64,000 nt of DNA. It comes from Malacoraja senta. Taxonomy: Eukaryota. The position numbers and the translations under genes were made by a program. Of this stretch, positions 1 through 14,079 are shown in pieces; the first letter of the stretch is position 1, and every line of letters starts with the position of its first letter. Below the pieces are notes generated by a model, which had not been told where the DNA came from, searched no databases, and worked only from the letters and a program-made list of their open reading frames with translations. The stretch covers positions 18,664,001 through 18,728,000 of the forward strand of contig CM075987.1 of NCBI GenBank assembly GCA_038087875.1, in the 5' to 3' direction.

Positions 1-582
1 TAATTGTTTTATCTAGACTAATTTAAATTACATGTTTGGCCATTATACAAGAAAGTTATATTTTAAGCAGAACATGTAATCACTCAGGATGCACTACTGA
101 TAGAGTTGTTTGATTCCATATCAGTTTAAGTTATTTTAATGATTGACTATAAAATCTGCACTGGAAGCTTATTAACAGCTTTACACAAATAATTGTCACT
201 TTTTGAAATTTGCTAATAATTCCAAGACCCACAGCAGACAAAGATCAATCAATACAAATTACTGAAATACAGAAAAACTGGCAGTACTTGCAGAATTTCA
301 ACCAAAAATGTCATTGCATTTAATAAATTGCCTCATTAGGTCAAGTTTTAAGCTTTTGCCTAACTCTTAATAGATCAATAAAAAAAGCATTTCCAACAGA
401 AACTGATCTTATTGCATATAGTTCATATTTGGCAGATATGCAGTATTTGGACTTTCAACAGCAAATCAATATACTGAAAATTAGTTAAGTAAAAGCAAAC
501 AGAATTAGTGATAAGATACCGACTTGGGTTGAGCCTTTGTTAGATAATTAGACATGAAGCAAACAATAGGATTGTACTGTGA

Positions 583-788
583 GAAGGAACTGCAGATGTT
601 GGTTAAAATCGAAGGTAGACACAAAATGCTGGAGTAACTCAGCAGGTGAGGCAGCATTAGAAGGAATAGGAGGAGGAATGGGTGACGTTTTGGGTCTGAA
701 GAAGGGTCTCGACCCGAAACACCACCCATTCCTTCTCTCCATAGATGCTGCCTCGCCCGTTGAGTTACTCCAGCATTTTGTGTCTACC
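583..788. mobile_element. Penelope-derived terminal repeat pair in inverted orientation
   Basis: GTAGACACAAAATGCTGGAGTAACTCAGC... is mirrored by ...TGAGTTACTCCAGCATTTTGTGTCTAC. The same sequence bounds the GIY-YIG fragments at 17.7-18.7 kb and 61.4-62.0 kb. Confidence 0.8.
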
Positions 789-1069
789 AATAGGATTATA
801 CTGATCATTTTCAGTTTTACTGGCTACGCTTAGACAGATACCTTAGGGATCGGTGCTTGGCCCCAAGCTTGTCGTAATCTATAGAAATGAAAGCTTTTCA
901 TCCCTATTTGAAAATGTAATGAGTGCATGAGAACATTGCAGATGAAATGTAGAAAAATGTTAGATTGTTATGTTTAGTGCATGTCAGAAAAGCAAACTAT
1001 ATGTTAAATGAGATTTGGTAGCTTGATGTTGAAACAAACATATATTTATATAAAGTTGAAGGCTAACAT

Positions 1070-1710
1070 GCAGATGTGCCAACGATTATGGCAGCAAATG
1101 ATATGCCGTTGCTTACTTGAAGATATGTATACCAGAGCAAGGAAGTCTTATTGCAAATGTACAGGCTTTGGTGTCACCTCCACAGTCATCATCATCATGT
1201 ACATTTTTGGTTTCCTTAACCAAAAAAGGGTGGTTTTGGCACAGAGGGCATGCAGCAATGATTCACCACACTGGTTCCAGGGTTGGCAGGCTTGCAGTTA
1301 TCGGAGAAATCTGGCATAGATATTTCTAGAGATTGGGAGAGATCTCATGAAAACATACTCTAAACAGCCTTAACAGGCTAGATGGAGGATGTCTCCTCTG
1401 TTTAAGGAGATTTGAACCATGGAGCACAATTTCAAAATAGAGGGGAAGTGCATTTTAGACTGAGATGAGCAATTTCTTCATACAAGAGGGTGGTGTGCAC
1501 ATTTGAAGCCCAGTGGAGGCTCAATTTTATAGTAATTCAATGAATAGATTTTAGGATGGTAAGGGATTCAAGAGCTATGGAGATACTCCGTAGTGAAAAT
1601 AGCACTGAAGTAAATGAATGAATTTTGAAAGTCAGTCATGAAGTCAATGATCAGCAACATTGAACTGAAGGGCCAAATGGGCTCCTGTTATTTCTTATGT
1701 TCTTAACATT
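1070..1710 (+). mobile_element. Degraded CR1 LINE 3' fragment
   Basis: CR1-like RT C-terminal and 3' UTR sequence ending GAAGGGCCAAATGGGCTCCTGTTATTTCTTATGTTCTT. Confidence 0.7.
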
Positions 1711-2699
1711 TGTTGAAGTATATCAGAGTAAATTTAAGAATGGATAAGAAATTGTCTTTAGGGTACAAAACACTTGCAAAAGGTACAATATTTAAGTAAT
1801 GAAAGCAATGAAGTAAATATAATAGCTCAATGATCAGTGTGTAAATTCTTAGAATAGTTTACATTAGAACCTCAGATATAGAAACTTCGAGTGGATCAAA
1901 TTTTCAGATGCAGGTGGGCACCTAAGAATGCGTTGGATCTATAAACTAAATTAGGCAGAATAGCGGTCAATTAAAATTTAATACAAATACAAACAGCACA
2001 ATGAAAAATAAAAATATCAAATGGCCAAACAGTTGGAGTAATATTAATATACAGAATTTAAAAGGGTCCCATTACTGCCAAGTAAGCTATAACAAAGTAA
2101 TCTACTGCCGAATTAAAAAAGCGAATCAATCCAGTGGAAGTCAAAGAAATGTAGGTTTTTACATAAAAATACTGAAGATTACTGTCTGAGTGAAGCACTG
2201 ATGTTCCATTCAGGTCACTGGAATTCTAGACAGACGCGTGTCATGGAAATACTGTGGAGAAAAATTGCAGCACTAATTCCAATTATCAAAGGACTTGGTT
2301 ATAATAAACGGCTGAAAATAATTGGACTTTCAGTTGAGAAGGGGCAAGGATGACCTTGGAGTTAGTTCAGTGTGAAAACCATGAAAGCACATTATTGAAA
2401 AGCAATTTTAAGGTTGTTAGCAAGAAATTCCTTAATGATTGACACACAAAATGGATTTCTGAATACAACAGTGTGTGCAAAGCTTTGGATCATTCAAGAA
2501 ATATGTGGCTGCCGATATGGCAAGGGAGTAACTAATTAGAAGCATGATCTGTATAATAAATTAAGTGGCTTTCCAAATTGTAGAATTTCCTCACATGAAT
2601 TTCAAATGTGTAAACAACAATAAAATACATAATTTGTGCTTTCATAACCTTTTTTCATTCTTAGTGGTATCACAACATCCAAATAAATCTTCAGCCCCT

Positions 2700-3260
2700 T
2701 TGGCACCCATTTCTAAGTTTTGTTCTTCACTATCGTACTTGGTATAACTGTAAATAAAAAGGATTTCTCGTCAAATTTTTCTTCCCTTTTATAACCTGTT
2801 CCTACTTTGTAGCCTCAATCATAAAGGCACATTTAATGCTCCATACAATGAAAAATAATTCAAATTCAAATAATTCATATAATTCAAAAGCATTTTGGCC
2901 CTCAGGATTGACATTTTGAAAAATTGCCTTTGTGGCATCTATTCTTTCTTTGAGCGTGTTTGGCTGAACACTGCTCAATTTCTGCAAATTTGGTACCATT
3001 CATGTTTTAGTAATTTGTGCAAATTATTATTATAACTAAATGTTGGAATTCCAATGAACAACCCCCTTACAAGTTTCAACATATATCCTAATCCCATTTC
3101 ATTAGTATCTTTGGCAGTTGCACCTTCTATTTTTGAACTAAACAAGTGCTGAAGGAACTCTGTCAATGCCTTCGTGAAGTTGATGTTGTACCAATCAGAA
3201 TTTGGTCCAAGTCCATTTATAATTTTTACTGTATGATACCAGAAAATGAATTTACTTTTA
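2700..3260 (-). mobile_element. Highly degraded L1-type reverse-transcriptase fragment
   Basis: Broken frames give RIDATKAIF (resembling DAEKAFD) and AKILxxW-like RT motifs. Boundaries are approximate. Confidence 0.45.
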
Positions 3261-3738
3261 CCTTAAACTGATGGACCTTTTTTTTGGATCAGATGGAATG
3301 CATATGAACAAATCCTATCATGTGCAGAGTTTATAAAGCAGGGAATTTTCAAATTCTAAGTGAAGACCATATTCTATACAACATATACTACAATCTATTT
3401 ACTGGAACAAATGCTGTTATTGAATTTTGCTTCCTATTCGTATCACTTAGACCAAGTGTTGCTGGTGCTTCTTTCTCAGCCCATCAAAAAAGCAAGGTTT
3501 CCCCAACCTGGGGTAAATTTCGCCTACCCAGGGGGTAAATTTGTTGATTCTGGATTTGTACATATTTTTTCTCATTGACCGACTGTGTTTGGTTCATCAT
3601 TAGTTGTTCGTAAATAAGTGAAATAACATTGTTATGTGCTATTAAAGTAGTCAGGGGCAAACGGGACGAAAAAGGGAACCCCTGAAATAAAGGGAGCCAC
3701 ATCATATAACAAACTTAATGCCAAACTGCTTTTCTTAC

Positions 3739-4573
3739 CAGGGTATCCTGATGATGTTTTGATGTACATCTGTCCGTACTGATCCTCTGTCATGGTATCG
3801 TACGCTTCATCCTCATCTTCCTCCTCTTCATTCTGGTAAGAGGTTGGACTGTCTGTTGTCTGATTACTACTTCCACCTGGACTTGAACGTTCTGCTGGAG
3901 CATAGTTTACTGGCTGTACAAAGGTTGCGGCACCCCATGTTCCAGGATAGGAAACTCTAGGTAACTTCAAAGGAGTTGAACAGTTATGATTATTGGAACC
4001 ATCGCGTTTTGTCGTGAGAGCATGAATACCAGGTGTCATCAGATCTGGCTCACAGTGCTCACTCTTCACCCGGGAAAGCAGCGGAATGGGCAAAATTGGG
4101 GACACAACGGTCAAGGAGGCAGGTGGCTGGAGGGGACAAGGACTTTGCGGTTCAGAGCCAGCATCTTCTATAGAGGTCGTTTGAGAGTCACAGTGCGGGG
4201 AGCTCACTTTGAACATCAGCTCAGTCCCTTTCTCAACAATACGCTGTATTTGCAAGAAGCCTGCTGTGTACATCACCACCAGCTGCTCACTGGCCGCCAT
4301 GGTAAGTTTGCCGGTGTAACAGAAGGAAAGGATTTGCTGAAAGCAGGTGGGCGGCACAGTGGCGGGTAGCTCGAATGCATTCTTGCTGTTGCCACTGAAC
4401 AAGTCGCGGAAATAGAGGCTGTTGGCAGCCAGCACAGCTCTATGTGCCTTGAAGGCTTGACCTTTGACCACAATGGAGACATCACAAAATAACCCCATCA
4501 ACCGCTGCTCGTTCAGGCATCCCAGGACATTGTTCCCAAAATTTGGAATTTCAAGATGGAGAATCTGAGCCAT
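3739..4573 (-). CDS. NACC2: NACC2 first coding exon (BTB/POZ domain plus linker); gene continues beyond the left edge of the window
   Basis: The translation [25 protein letters not shown]...[12 protein letters not shown]...[34 protein letters not shown] closely matches vertebrate NACC2 as I recall it. Start context is ACCATGG. A phase-1 donor CCTG|GTAAG (intron begins at 3738) sits where the similarity ends. The acceptor TTTGCAG| at 4627/4626 follows a polypyrimidine tract, so the exon is 3739..4626 with 53 nt of 5' UTR. Confidence 0.95.
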
Positions 4574-5783
4574 GGTAAAGGTGCAGATCCGATCCTTGCA
4601 AGACTCACAACGACATCAAAATAAAACTGCAAATACAGGGTTGGGAAGTCGGGTGGGGAAATAGGAAATGGCAAAGAGAAAAGGAAAATCGACATGTCAA
4701 TGTTGATACTACTCCACAATTTAAAGGCAAACAAAAATCTCTTACAATTATAAACGTTTGTTTCAATATTAAAGTCATTTCAAAACGCGGCAGCACAAAT
4801 TACCTGTAGTTTTCCTTAAAGGATTTTTAAAAAACTATAGCCGGCTCAATCTGTACAAGACCCAGAATTTTTGTGCACTGAATGCAAATGAACAGCAGCT
4901 ATTAACATTCAGGCTGCACACTTGAATGAATGAACCTTTTGACTGATGCAGTTAAATGCTAACCAAATTAGAAATGAGACTTCTAAACACAGTACTGTGA
5001 ACTTGCTGCTAATGTGAAGCTTTGCATTGGTACAAGCAGTAGTTTGATGACTCACTACAACGGATGGCAATAGGCACTGTACACCATGCCTTGCTGTTAA
5101 GCAATGCCAAGGAAATTTAGATAGTTTTGAATTATGCACATATCCTAGAGCTCCCACTGCAGTACGGTCAATGGAGCCATTCACGGATTAAAACATATCA
5201 ATTCTTCAAAGTATGGAGTAATATTAGAACTACAGACTGTTACCTTTAATAGTGTCATATGTTATAGTTAATGGCATTACAACTAACAGAATTTCAGCAG
5301 TTTATCTGCAGATGAAGAGATAATTGCCTGCACTGCACCTTTTTGGTATCAACAGTCACAGCAGGTGGCCTGGCTAAGTATTTCAACACATGAATGTCTG
5401 AAGGTATCAGATGGCTGTTCGGACAGTAAGCTCTGTCAAAGAAATGTGGCCATAATTCAACCTATTCAATAACGATGCAGTACGAAAATGAATAATTTAA
5501 ATCTTTGTAAAGTTTAGAAAGCATTACTGGAACGTAGAGATTAAGGCATTAACTTTACCTGAAATGATTCACAACACCATGCTGTTATTTCACTCTCTTA
5601 TTCTTATAGAGATATCCAATCATACTTTTACCTAATGTTCTCCCAACCCACCTTTTTCCCTTTTCAAGTATATATCCATGTTACTTTGGAACATGCTTCC
5701 AGCATGCTAAAGAGGAGTTTTTAAAATGGTATACATTAAAATTCCTATCTCCCTTGTTTTTATTTGCCACGTCAAACTGCATA

Positions 5784-5912
5784 GGAAAGAACTGCAGATG
5801 CTGGTTTAAATCGCAGGTAGACACAAAATGCTGGAGTAACTCAGCAGGACAGGCAGCATCTCTGGAGAGAAGGAATGGGTGACGTTTCAGATTGAGACCC
5901 TTCTTCAGACTG
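5784..5912 (-). mobile_element. Solo Penelope-derived terminal repeat
   Basis: GAACTGCAGATGCTGG...GTGACGTTTCAGATTGAGACCCTTCTTCAGAC. Further copies or inverted pairs occur at about 19135-19230, 24378-24476, 46480-46690, 49336-49436, 50416-50680, 51560-51765, 52930-53080, 60640-60820 and 61090-61270. Confidence 0.75.
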
Positions 5913-6971
5913 ACTTATCAAACTGCATTTGTAGGTGCGAGCAGCAAGAACATGTTCATCCTTTTTACTGTATCGGAATGCATCATAATTTGGTCAGTTC
6001 AATTGAATTTCCCCTCCATGTTCTTAGCAAGATAGATTTAAAACATTGCAGTGCATTAATCTGCATTTATTCTCATAAAATAGATATGGACCAAATGACA
6101 AGTAGCAGCAAGGTCATCTCGCAGAACTATTGAGTTTGATGTGCAATAGAACTAATAAAGGGAATTATTCGGAACTAATTCACTCAGATTAATTTGTGGC
6201 AAACATTGTAGATTTAACTATATGGCTGTAGGAAGAAACATACAACAAAAGTAAAGAGCATGCAGTACAAAAATCAGTGACCTACACAGAGCCTTGCTAT
6301 CCAACGAGAGTTCAGCAGGATTTTCAAATGTCAGATTTGGATCGAGGTTACATTCTTCTAACACATTTGGGGTCAGGTCAGATTGGGCCTTGCTAGCTGG
6401 AGATTTTCCAGGCGAAGATGATTAACTTGGTAATGAAGAGGTCATCTGATCCAATGACCGATCCAATGATTGTGAATTCTAAAGGTGGCCTTGCAGGCCA
6501 TTATGTGTTGAGGTTGGAATCAGTTTGATACCTGCCACCTATCAAGAAATTGTGCCAAGGAGTAAAACAGCGTTTAGGCGATGGCATACAAACTACAATT
6601 TCAGGGAATTCATACATCTGACTATTCAGTCCAGTGGCACTGGAAGCCAAATAAATGATAAAATATCCTTTAATTAAAAAACACACCAAGCACAGTGGTT
6701 TGGCAAAATACAAAAATAAATTTATCACAGCCGTTATCTTCAATAAATAAATAAATAAGCCATGGCATAAGTGATATGTTTTTGTAATTCAAACGACAAA
6801 GACAAACCATTGAGCACAAATGAAACCAAAACAACCGTCTACAGCAAGATTCCTTCGAGGATGGGCTAGATTAAGAAGTTTGCTGAAATTCTAAATGAAT
6901 GCCAGTCATCAAACTTGAATTTTCACTGCTTCTCTGCATGTCCTACAGCCAACTGCATGCCCTGTTATAAT

Positions 6972-9192
6972 CAGGGCCAGCCTTAAGCCAATTGGACCAA
7001 TTGGGCCCCGCGCTAGGCTGGTGGGCAACACACGCTATCCCCTCAGCAGCGACCCCAGTAGGCGAAATTCCTCACCGACAACAACACAGCCCCGCGGTTA
7101 ACTCTCAATAGGGAGGTTGCACGGTCGAGGTCGCGACCCGTGACCCGTACTGTTGCCACGCAAAGGTAACTGGAGTACATGCGATGAATTGCAGGTAAGC
7201 ATTTGCTATGCCTGCCAGCACAGCGGGCCCTTCTTCTGTCCCAGCATCCAGACTGGTTGCACACTCGCGGACCACGGGTCGTCTATCCCCTCGGCCGGGG
7301 GTGGGTCGGGGGGAGGAGGGGGTCGGGGGGAGGCGGTCGGAGGAGGTCGGGGGGGAGGAGGAGGTCAGGGGGGAGGAGGTCGGGGGGGGGGAGTCTGGGG
7401 GTGAGGGGGGGGAGGGAGAGGTCAGGGTGTCGGTGCAGTGTGATCAGTGACTCTGGGTGGGCGGAGGGAGCAGACCGTCCCCAACTCTGCTGCAGCTGAC
7501 GATGCCCTGAGCCGCGGCCCCGCTCCACCTGGCCCAGTTTGTGGGCACTGCCGACCCACAGCCCCTGACAGTGCGGCCCACAGGGGTAGATGGGGCAGAG
7601 AGCGGTCGTGGCCGGACAGCGCAGACCCCAGGAGGGGAGAGTGGGGGCTGTCCCGCGGGATGCGCTCCTTCGGCCGCTTACACCTTGGTGCTCGGGTTCA
7701 GAGCAAAGATACTAGAGCATTTGGTTCTGAGCGCACAGTCACCCAAACCCCCCCCGCCCCCCCACAATATTGCAATCAAATTGCTCTGACTTTGAGTTCT
7801 CTTTATATAGCGAAGGCTTATCGAGATGATGCTGTCTGGACACGACAATGAATGCGGCTATTAGTCGCGGATTGTAAAAGACGCTACACCATGAGATAAC
7901 ACCAGTTTAAACCTGATACCTTCCCGCATTCAATGACAGCACCCACAATTATTTACAGCGCAAAAAAATGACAGGCAAGAAAGTACGCGTTTCGTGAGTT
8001 AACAGTGTATACCGAGGCCGCCATGTCTTCCACATGGATTGAGGTGCTCCGTGCATCACGCCCTTTGACCCGATGACCTTACGTGTCACCACTTTCCGGG
8101 ATACTATTCCCGTATCCCTTTCTGCACCCACACTTACTGGTATTTCACACCCGGGGCAGGTACGGGGGACCCGTTACTACAATTTTACTTCAGACAGTTA
8201 CAGTGAGCCCGCCAGCGGATGTGTACACACGCCTGATGTTACCATGATAGTCACTGACCGAGCAGCTAACTCTTATCTGGAATTAGTCAGTTAAGGTGCA
8301 TCTGAAGCAAACAGCGGCGTCCGCTCCCAAAAGCAATAGTTCCTTCACTGTCACGTCTACCAAGGTACAGTGAAATTATTTTGCATAGAGATCAGTGCGA
8401 GTATTGCCGTACCCAAGTACACTGCCCGGTTAGCACATAAGGCACAGAAACAGGCACTGAGTCTATATGCAATAGTCACCAGGTGTTGGCGCCATTTCAC
8501 GGTCCCAACTGTAGGTGGCTATGAAGGCCTGTTGCAGCCGTCCTATCAATAGAAACGTCCCCTTCTCCCCCCATTCGCACACAAAACGTGTGTTTGTGTG
8601 TGCATAATACAGGACCCAGTGGTAAGCCACGGCTCCGATTGGTACGTGTAGTAACTAACAAACGTGTCGGAAAAAAAGTGGTCAATATCAGCTTCACAAG
8701 GCTGAAGCTTGAGATGCTGCCGGGAGCAGTCGTGTGGCGAAAGCGTGGCGGCAGTGACAGCAGGTAACATTCCCCGCTCCCTCCCATCATCAACCTCGGG
8801 GCCTTCCGATTCCCACCTTTCATTCCCACCCATCGGGAGGGAGCTGTACAGGGACGACATTCTCCCTGACCACAGACTGAAACATTGATTGCAATGAAAC
8901 ATAGGTTGCAACCACAGAGCCCATACAGAATATTAGTAAACATTCGTTAAATAATGCGTGGAATAAATGCCATTTAATGGTAATTAACAGCTACGGTAAA
9001 GGTTGGAAGCCAGCGGAGGTACTGACAGTCAGACGAGAGCAGGAGAGATTAAGACAGAGTATAATCCATCGCACCTTAGTGTACAATTTCATAATATATA
9101 CTAACTAACAGAGCTGACAAAACTTGGCTGGGAACCTGGGGCTCACCAAAATTGTTTCCAATTGGGTCCCGCACCTCCTAAGGCCGGCCCTG
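6972..9192. mobile_element. Non-autonomous hAT-type DNA transposon (2.2 kb)
   Basis: TIRs CAGGGCCAGCCTTA.../...TAAGGCCGGCCCTG. 8-bp TSD GTTATAAT (6964-6971) / GTTGTAAT (9193-9200). Subterminal CCAATTGG repeats at both ends. No transposase ORF seen. Confidence 0.85.
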
Positions 9193-9444
9193 GTTGTAAT
9201 CAACAGTTTATCCAAATATGATTAGAGGGATTAGCTATAATAATTGTTTGTTAAATATTATAGAGTAGCTCTACAGAATAGAAATCAAAACTTACCTTTC
9301 TTTTTTTTTTTTAATCTGTTTTATCCGAGCAAGTTGGGGCAATCTGAACTTAAAAGTAAAGCAGATCTATATCAAATTATAACTTTGTTTTTAATTAGAT
9401 GGAAACCCATGATGCTTACCCATACGAGTAATCAATGAATAAAG

Positions 9445-9450
<6 letters not shown>

Positions 9451-9488
<38 letters not shown>

Positions 9489-11036
9489 ATTTATTAGAAG
9501 TACATTACAACCAATTACACTAGTACTCATCACATATATCTTATTACAATTAATGTACTCCGTTTATTTTCTACACTAATAAAGGGAAAGGATAAGATTG
9601 AGAGAAAGAAGAAAGTGAAGGAAAAAAGTGAGGGTGTAAAAAACATGACAACAAAAAAAACAAAATCAAAAGACAAAGACCCTATAAGGAAGAAATTAAA
9701 AACAAAAGGAAAGAGTTAAGAAATAGACCCTGAAAAAGAAGAAAAAAGAGATTGAAAAGAGAAAAACAAATACTTTTTTTTGTAAGCATCACGCAAATGG
9801 GACATACCAACTCTCCAGCTTTCATCCCCCCTTACCTGACCTCAGTTTTTTTTTTAATACTTTTGCACCCTATACTTGTAATAATTCTATAAATGCAGAC
9901 CACGTCAGGTGGGAGTGATCTGGTTTACCTGCCAGGAGGAGTCTTATCTCTTCTAGGTGTAATGTTTCGAACATATTTGAAATCCACATGTTTATAGTTG
10001 GTATTGGAGCGTTTTTCCAGAATTTTAGGATTAACTTTTTTCCAGTTATTAACCCATAGTCTATTAATTTCTTTTGGAACACATTTAGTTCTGGACTATC
10101 TTCCGTTGTTCCGAAGATAATCCATTCTGCTTTGGGTATCAGTTTAATTTTAAATAATTTTGTAAAGATTTCAAAAATTTCAATCCAAAATTTTTGAATT
10201 TTTGTACAGAAAACAAATGAGTGCGCTATAGTAGCTTCTTGAGATTGACATTTATCACAAATTGATGATACATTTGGGATAATTTTATTGATTTTAGTTT
10301 TAGAATAATATAATCTATGTAAAATTTTAAATTGTATTAAAGTGTGTTACATTAATCGAACATTTATGCACGTTTAATAAATGTTCATTCCACCTTTCCT
10401 TTGAGATTTTAATAGCTAATTCTTGTTCCCAGTCTCTTCTAATACCTTCCGTAGATGGTATTTCTACATTTAAAATAACATTATACAAATATGATATTAA
10501 GTTTGCTGATTCAGCTTTTATCTGCATTGCTTCATCCAATACATCTGTTGAGGTATTATGATGATCTTTTGTATGTTTTTTCAAATAGTCACATATTTGA
10601 AAATATTTAAAATATTGATTATTTCCGAGTTTATATTTTATTTGTAATTGTTGGAATGATAGTAATTTTCCAGTTTCGTACAAGTCACCGAACGTTTTAA
10701 TTCCTAGTCTATCCCATTGTATGAAAGATTTGTCTGTAATAGAGGGATTAAATGAAGGGTTATTGATTATGGGAGATAAAAGCGATAAATTTCTTAATTT
10801 TAAATTTTGTTTTATTTGTTTCCAAATTCTGATTGTGCTATGTATAATTGGGTTTTTGTTATAATTTATGTTATTCAGTTTCATTGGTGAGAGAAGGATC
10901 GCTCCAATGTTTCCAGAGGAGCAGTCCTCTCTCTCCATTACAATCCAGTCCACTTGCTGGGCAAAGTTGTCCATCAGTTGAATCATATTTTTAATATTTA
11001 CTGACCAATAGTAATACATGAAGTTAGGGAGTTAGG
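9451..11036 (-). mobile_element. 5'-truncated L1 LINE (ORF2 C-terminus with CDKC..H..C zinc finger, plus 3' UTR)
   Basis: ORFs 10327..11019 and 9870..10082 are L1 ORF2-like. A-rich/(TA)n tail. 14-bp TSD GAATAAAGAAATAT at 9437-9450 and 11037-11050. Confidence 0.9.
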
Positions 11037-13089
11037 GAATAAAGAAATATTGACAAGGCTTCAGATAGCATAAGTATAGCATCAATTAAACTAATCTGAG
11101 ATACAAGCAGCAATGTTGGTCTCATTTCTTCATGATTTCTGCCTATTTCACACAAGAATACTGTGCAGCATGGAATAAATGTCTTCACATTTTAAGCAGT
11201 ACCAGAAAGTATATATTGCCTGCTCTAATATGACTGGATGAAAAATTATTCATGCATGTATCAAATTAGAAAAAATGTATACATGATTAGTATCATACCA
11301 TTTGCAGAAGAAAAGCCATCTCTCAGTTAACCATAAAAGCCACTGAACTACATAGTGAACTAGTTGTCCACACACCTTCCCCAAGCTCATTAATTCACTT
11401 TTTTGAATACCTTCCAACCCATTATCTGGTATTCAATCCAAACCAGCTAATATAAATTTTGGGGGAAAACATTTGCTCATCATTTAAAAAAAAAAAAAAA
11501 AAATCATTGCTTCCTCAGCTTAACACAGTACATCTTATATGACTCAGGAAACTGATTTCCTAAAGTTTGCTCTGAAATTAGTCAATAAGCGACTAGTATC
11601 AGTGAATCAGATTCTGTCACTTTCATTGCTTCATTACCATTTATGGTAGCACGGCTTGGTATTTTATAAGCAAATCAGCCTGAGTCAGCATTACTCGACA
11701 TGAGAACATCAGGACAGAGTGCCCATTTATCCTGCATTGAATGTTGTGAAAACAGAGTTAGGCTGGGACATGTGCCATGTACACATTTCCCCCTTTGTGC
11801 TCAACTGCGGATCGTTTTTGTCTGCCAGTAAGCACAATTACTACTCAAGACATGTTGCAAAGAAACATTTTCCCTTCAATGCCTTTTCTTTTCTCAAACT
11901 ATGCAGTGGTCAGCAACGCTGGGAACTTGAGCTCTCTGAACCAAGGTTAAGTTGTAATCAACAATAAGAATACAAAAAAGGAGGCCAATAACAAACTTCA
12001 CATGCAAAATTTAAAAAAAGTCTTCAAATTGTGCAAGTTATATAATTTACTGTTTCAGTGTAATGACTATTCATGCATTAATGAGGGACATACATTTAGT
12101 AGACGTAAACTATGTTAATAACTTTTGTAAAAACTATCATGTTACTTAATTGCATCTGCTTTATATGGTTAGCACTCGCATGAACTCCATAAAGTAAAGT
12201 GAAGAATTCACATGCCCGCGTTCTGGATAAGTAACATCAACAATTGTACTTGCGTAGAGGTCAATTCTATTGAAGCTGTGAATGAGTCACAATTTCAGTT
12301 CAACAATGACAAAGATCAAAATAATTAAACTATTTCTCAATCTTAAAAAGAAGCAAGACCACATGCTGCTTACTTTGCCTGCAAATACAAGAGTAGTTCA
12401 AGGCACTTTACTCAAAAATAACAAATCAATAGAACTACAATAAAATTCCCACGGGGAGAACAGAATGTTAGGAATTTAATAGAATGTTGAAGATTTAAAG
12501 ATATATTCTGAATTATGAATTATAATAGATCAAATTATTTTAATTAAATGGGATTTTGATGACAGTTTTATATATTTCTCCTTTGTATTCCTGCAGAAAG
12601 TAGAGGGGAAATTATCTTGAATTTTTAATAGAAATTCCACTGTTCTTTATCACCAACTGCCTGAGCAGCTTTCTTTGGAACCAGTGTTTAAAAGCACTTC
12701 TACATACACATCAAGACTGTCCAATAATCCTGCATATTTCCCTACTTAATGACTGATAACTTGTTTCACTTATTAGAAACCCACCCACTTTACTAGTGTG
12801 CTGCAGGAGGATGAACAGACATGGTAGAGGAACAGCAGACACATTTTGTGCATCAAATGTAACATGCATCTCAAAAAACACTTTCCAACGTTTCATCAAA
12901 ATACGCCCCGAGATCAAAAATATTGCACACAGACTTCACAAAATTGCACATGAATCTGTGTTGTAGCACAGAATTCATAATCAAGGGATCAATTCTACTC
13001 ATGTAAAAGAAAGTTTCAATACAAAAGATGTACTGTTTCTACTATTCAAGTTTAAGATCTAGATGAAAAGTGCACATAACATTATTAAC

Positions 13090-14070
13090 CTGTCAAGTTG
13101 TGAATATATTTGAGCTTATTCATATCCCTCCTCTAGTTATGGCGACCAGAATTGTGTGCAATATTCCAGGTTCAGTCTCCACATCATTTTGTACAGCTAT
13201 AATATGACACCCCAATCCTTGCACTCAATGCCCTGTCCAATGAAGGCAAGTGGGCAGTATGCCTTCTCCACCATCGAGTATCTGAGTCGCCACATTCACA
13301 AAACCATATACTGCTCATCTTGGATCCTGCTCTACAATATTCCCAGGGCCCTGTCATACACTGTATGTCCTGCCCTGGTTTAACTTTCCAAAATGCATGA
13401 CTTTGCATTTGCTCGAGTTAAAGGGCATCTTCAATGACTTGGCCTATTTCCCCAGTTGATTTAGATGCTGTTGTAGCCTATAACAAACAGCAGGTGCCTG
13501 TACTTCATAACCTATTTCTTGATCTACTTTATTTCAATAACTTTTTCCACGGTGTAAATACACAGCAAATTTACAAAGTACATTAACTCACAGAATACTT
13601 AAGATAAAGAAGATTATTCAACCTATTGTGTCCAATTCAGTCAAAAGTGAGCTACCCAAACAAAACCCTCCTGGCACATGAACCGGAGACCATGGCTCTT
13701 GACGCACACAAATATACATTTGTCAGATGAGGATTTCTACCTCTTTCAGGTAGAGGTTCAGATTTGAGGTGCCCTGTGAGTGGAAAAATTAATTCCTCCA
13801 CCAATTGCAGTTTTTTAACCCGCCCAATAAAATAGGCCTGTTCTAGACTCCTAAATTTACTTCTTAAATCTTCCACAAGCCTCTTCTGTAACAAATAAAT
13901 CCTCAATTTATCCAGTATTTCGTTGTTACGTAATCCCAGTAAAACTCCAACACTTTCTCCAATGCAATCATTTTTTATAATGTGTGACAGGCACTTTGCA
14001 TGAAACTCAAGCTGTGGCTTAATAATTGTACCGAATATAATTCAGCATGCTCCATGTGCTACTTTACTTG
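13090..14070 (-). mobile_element. Degraded CR1 LINE fragments
   Basis: Reverse-strand CR1 RT C-terminal motifs such as GACCAGAATTGTGTGCAATATTCCAG. Similar fragments at about 15540-15930, 43390-43590 (+), 45565-45680, 51040-51310 and 62665-62805. Confidence 0.6.
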
Positions 14071-14079
14071 GTTCATTTA

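Noticed and set aside
3632..3738. C-terminal tail of the 313-aa ORF ([10 protein letters not shown]...)
   Set aside because: Read-through past the GTAAG donor into the intron. NACC2 similarity stops at 3739.
6972..9192. GC/CpG-rich stretch as an internal NACC2 promoter
   Set aside because: It lies entirely within a TIR- and TSD-bounded transposon, so the CpG richness is better explained by a young insertion.
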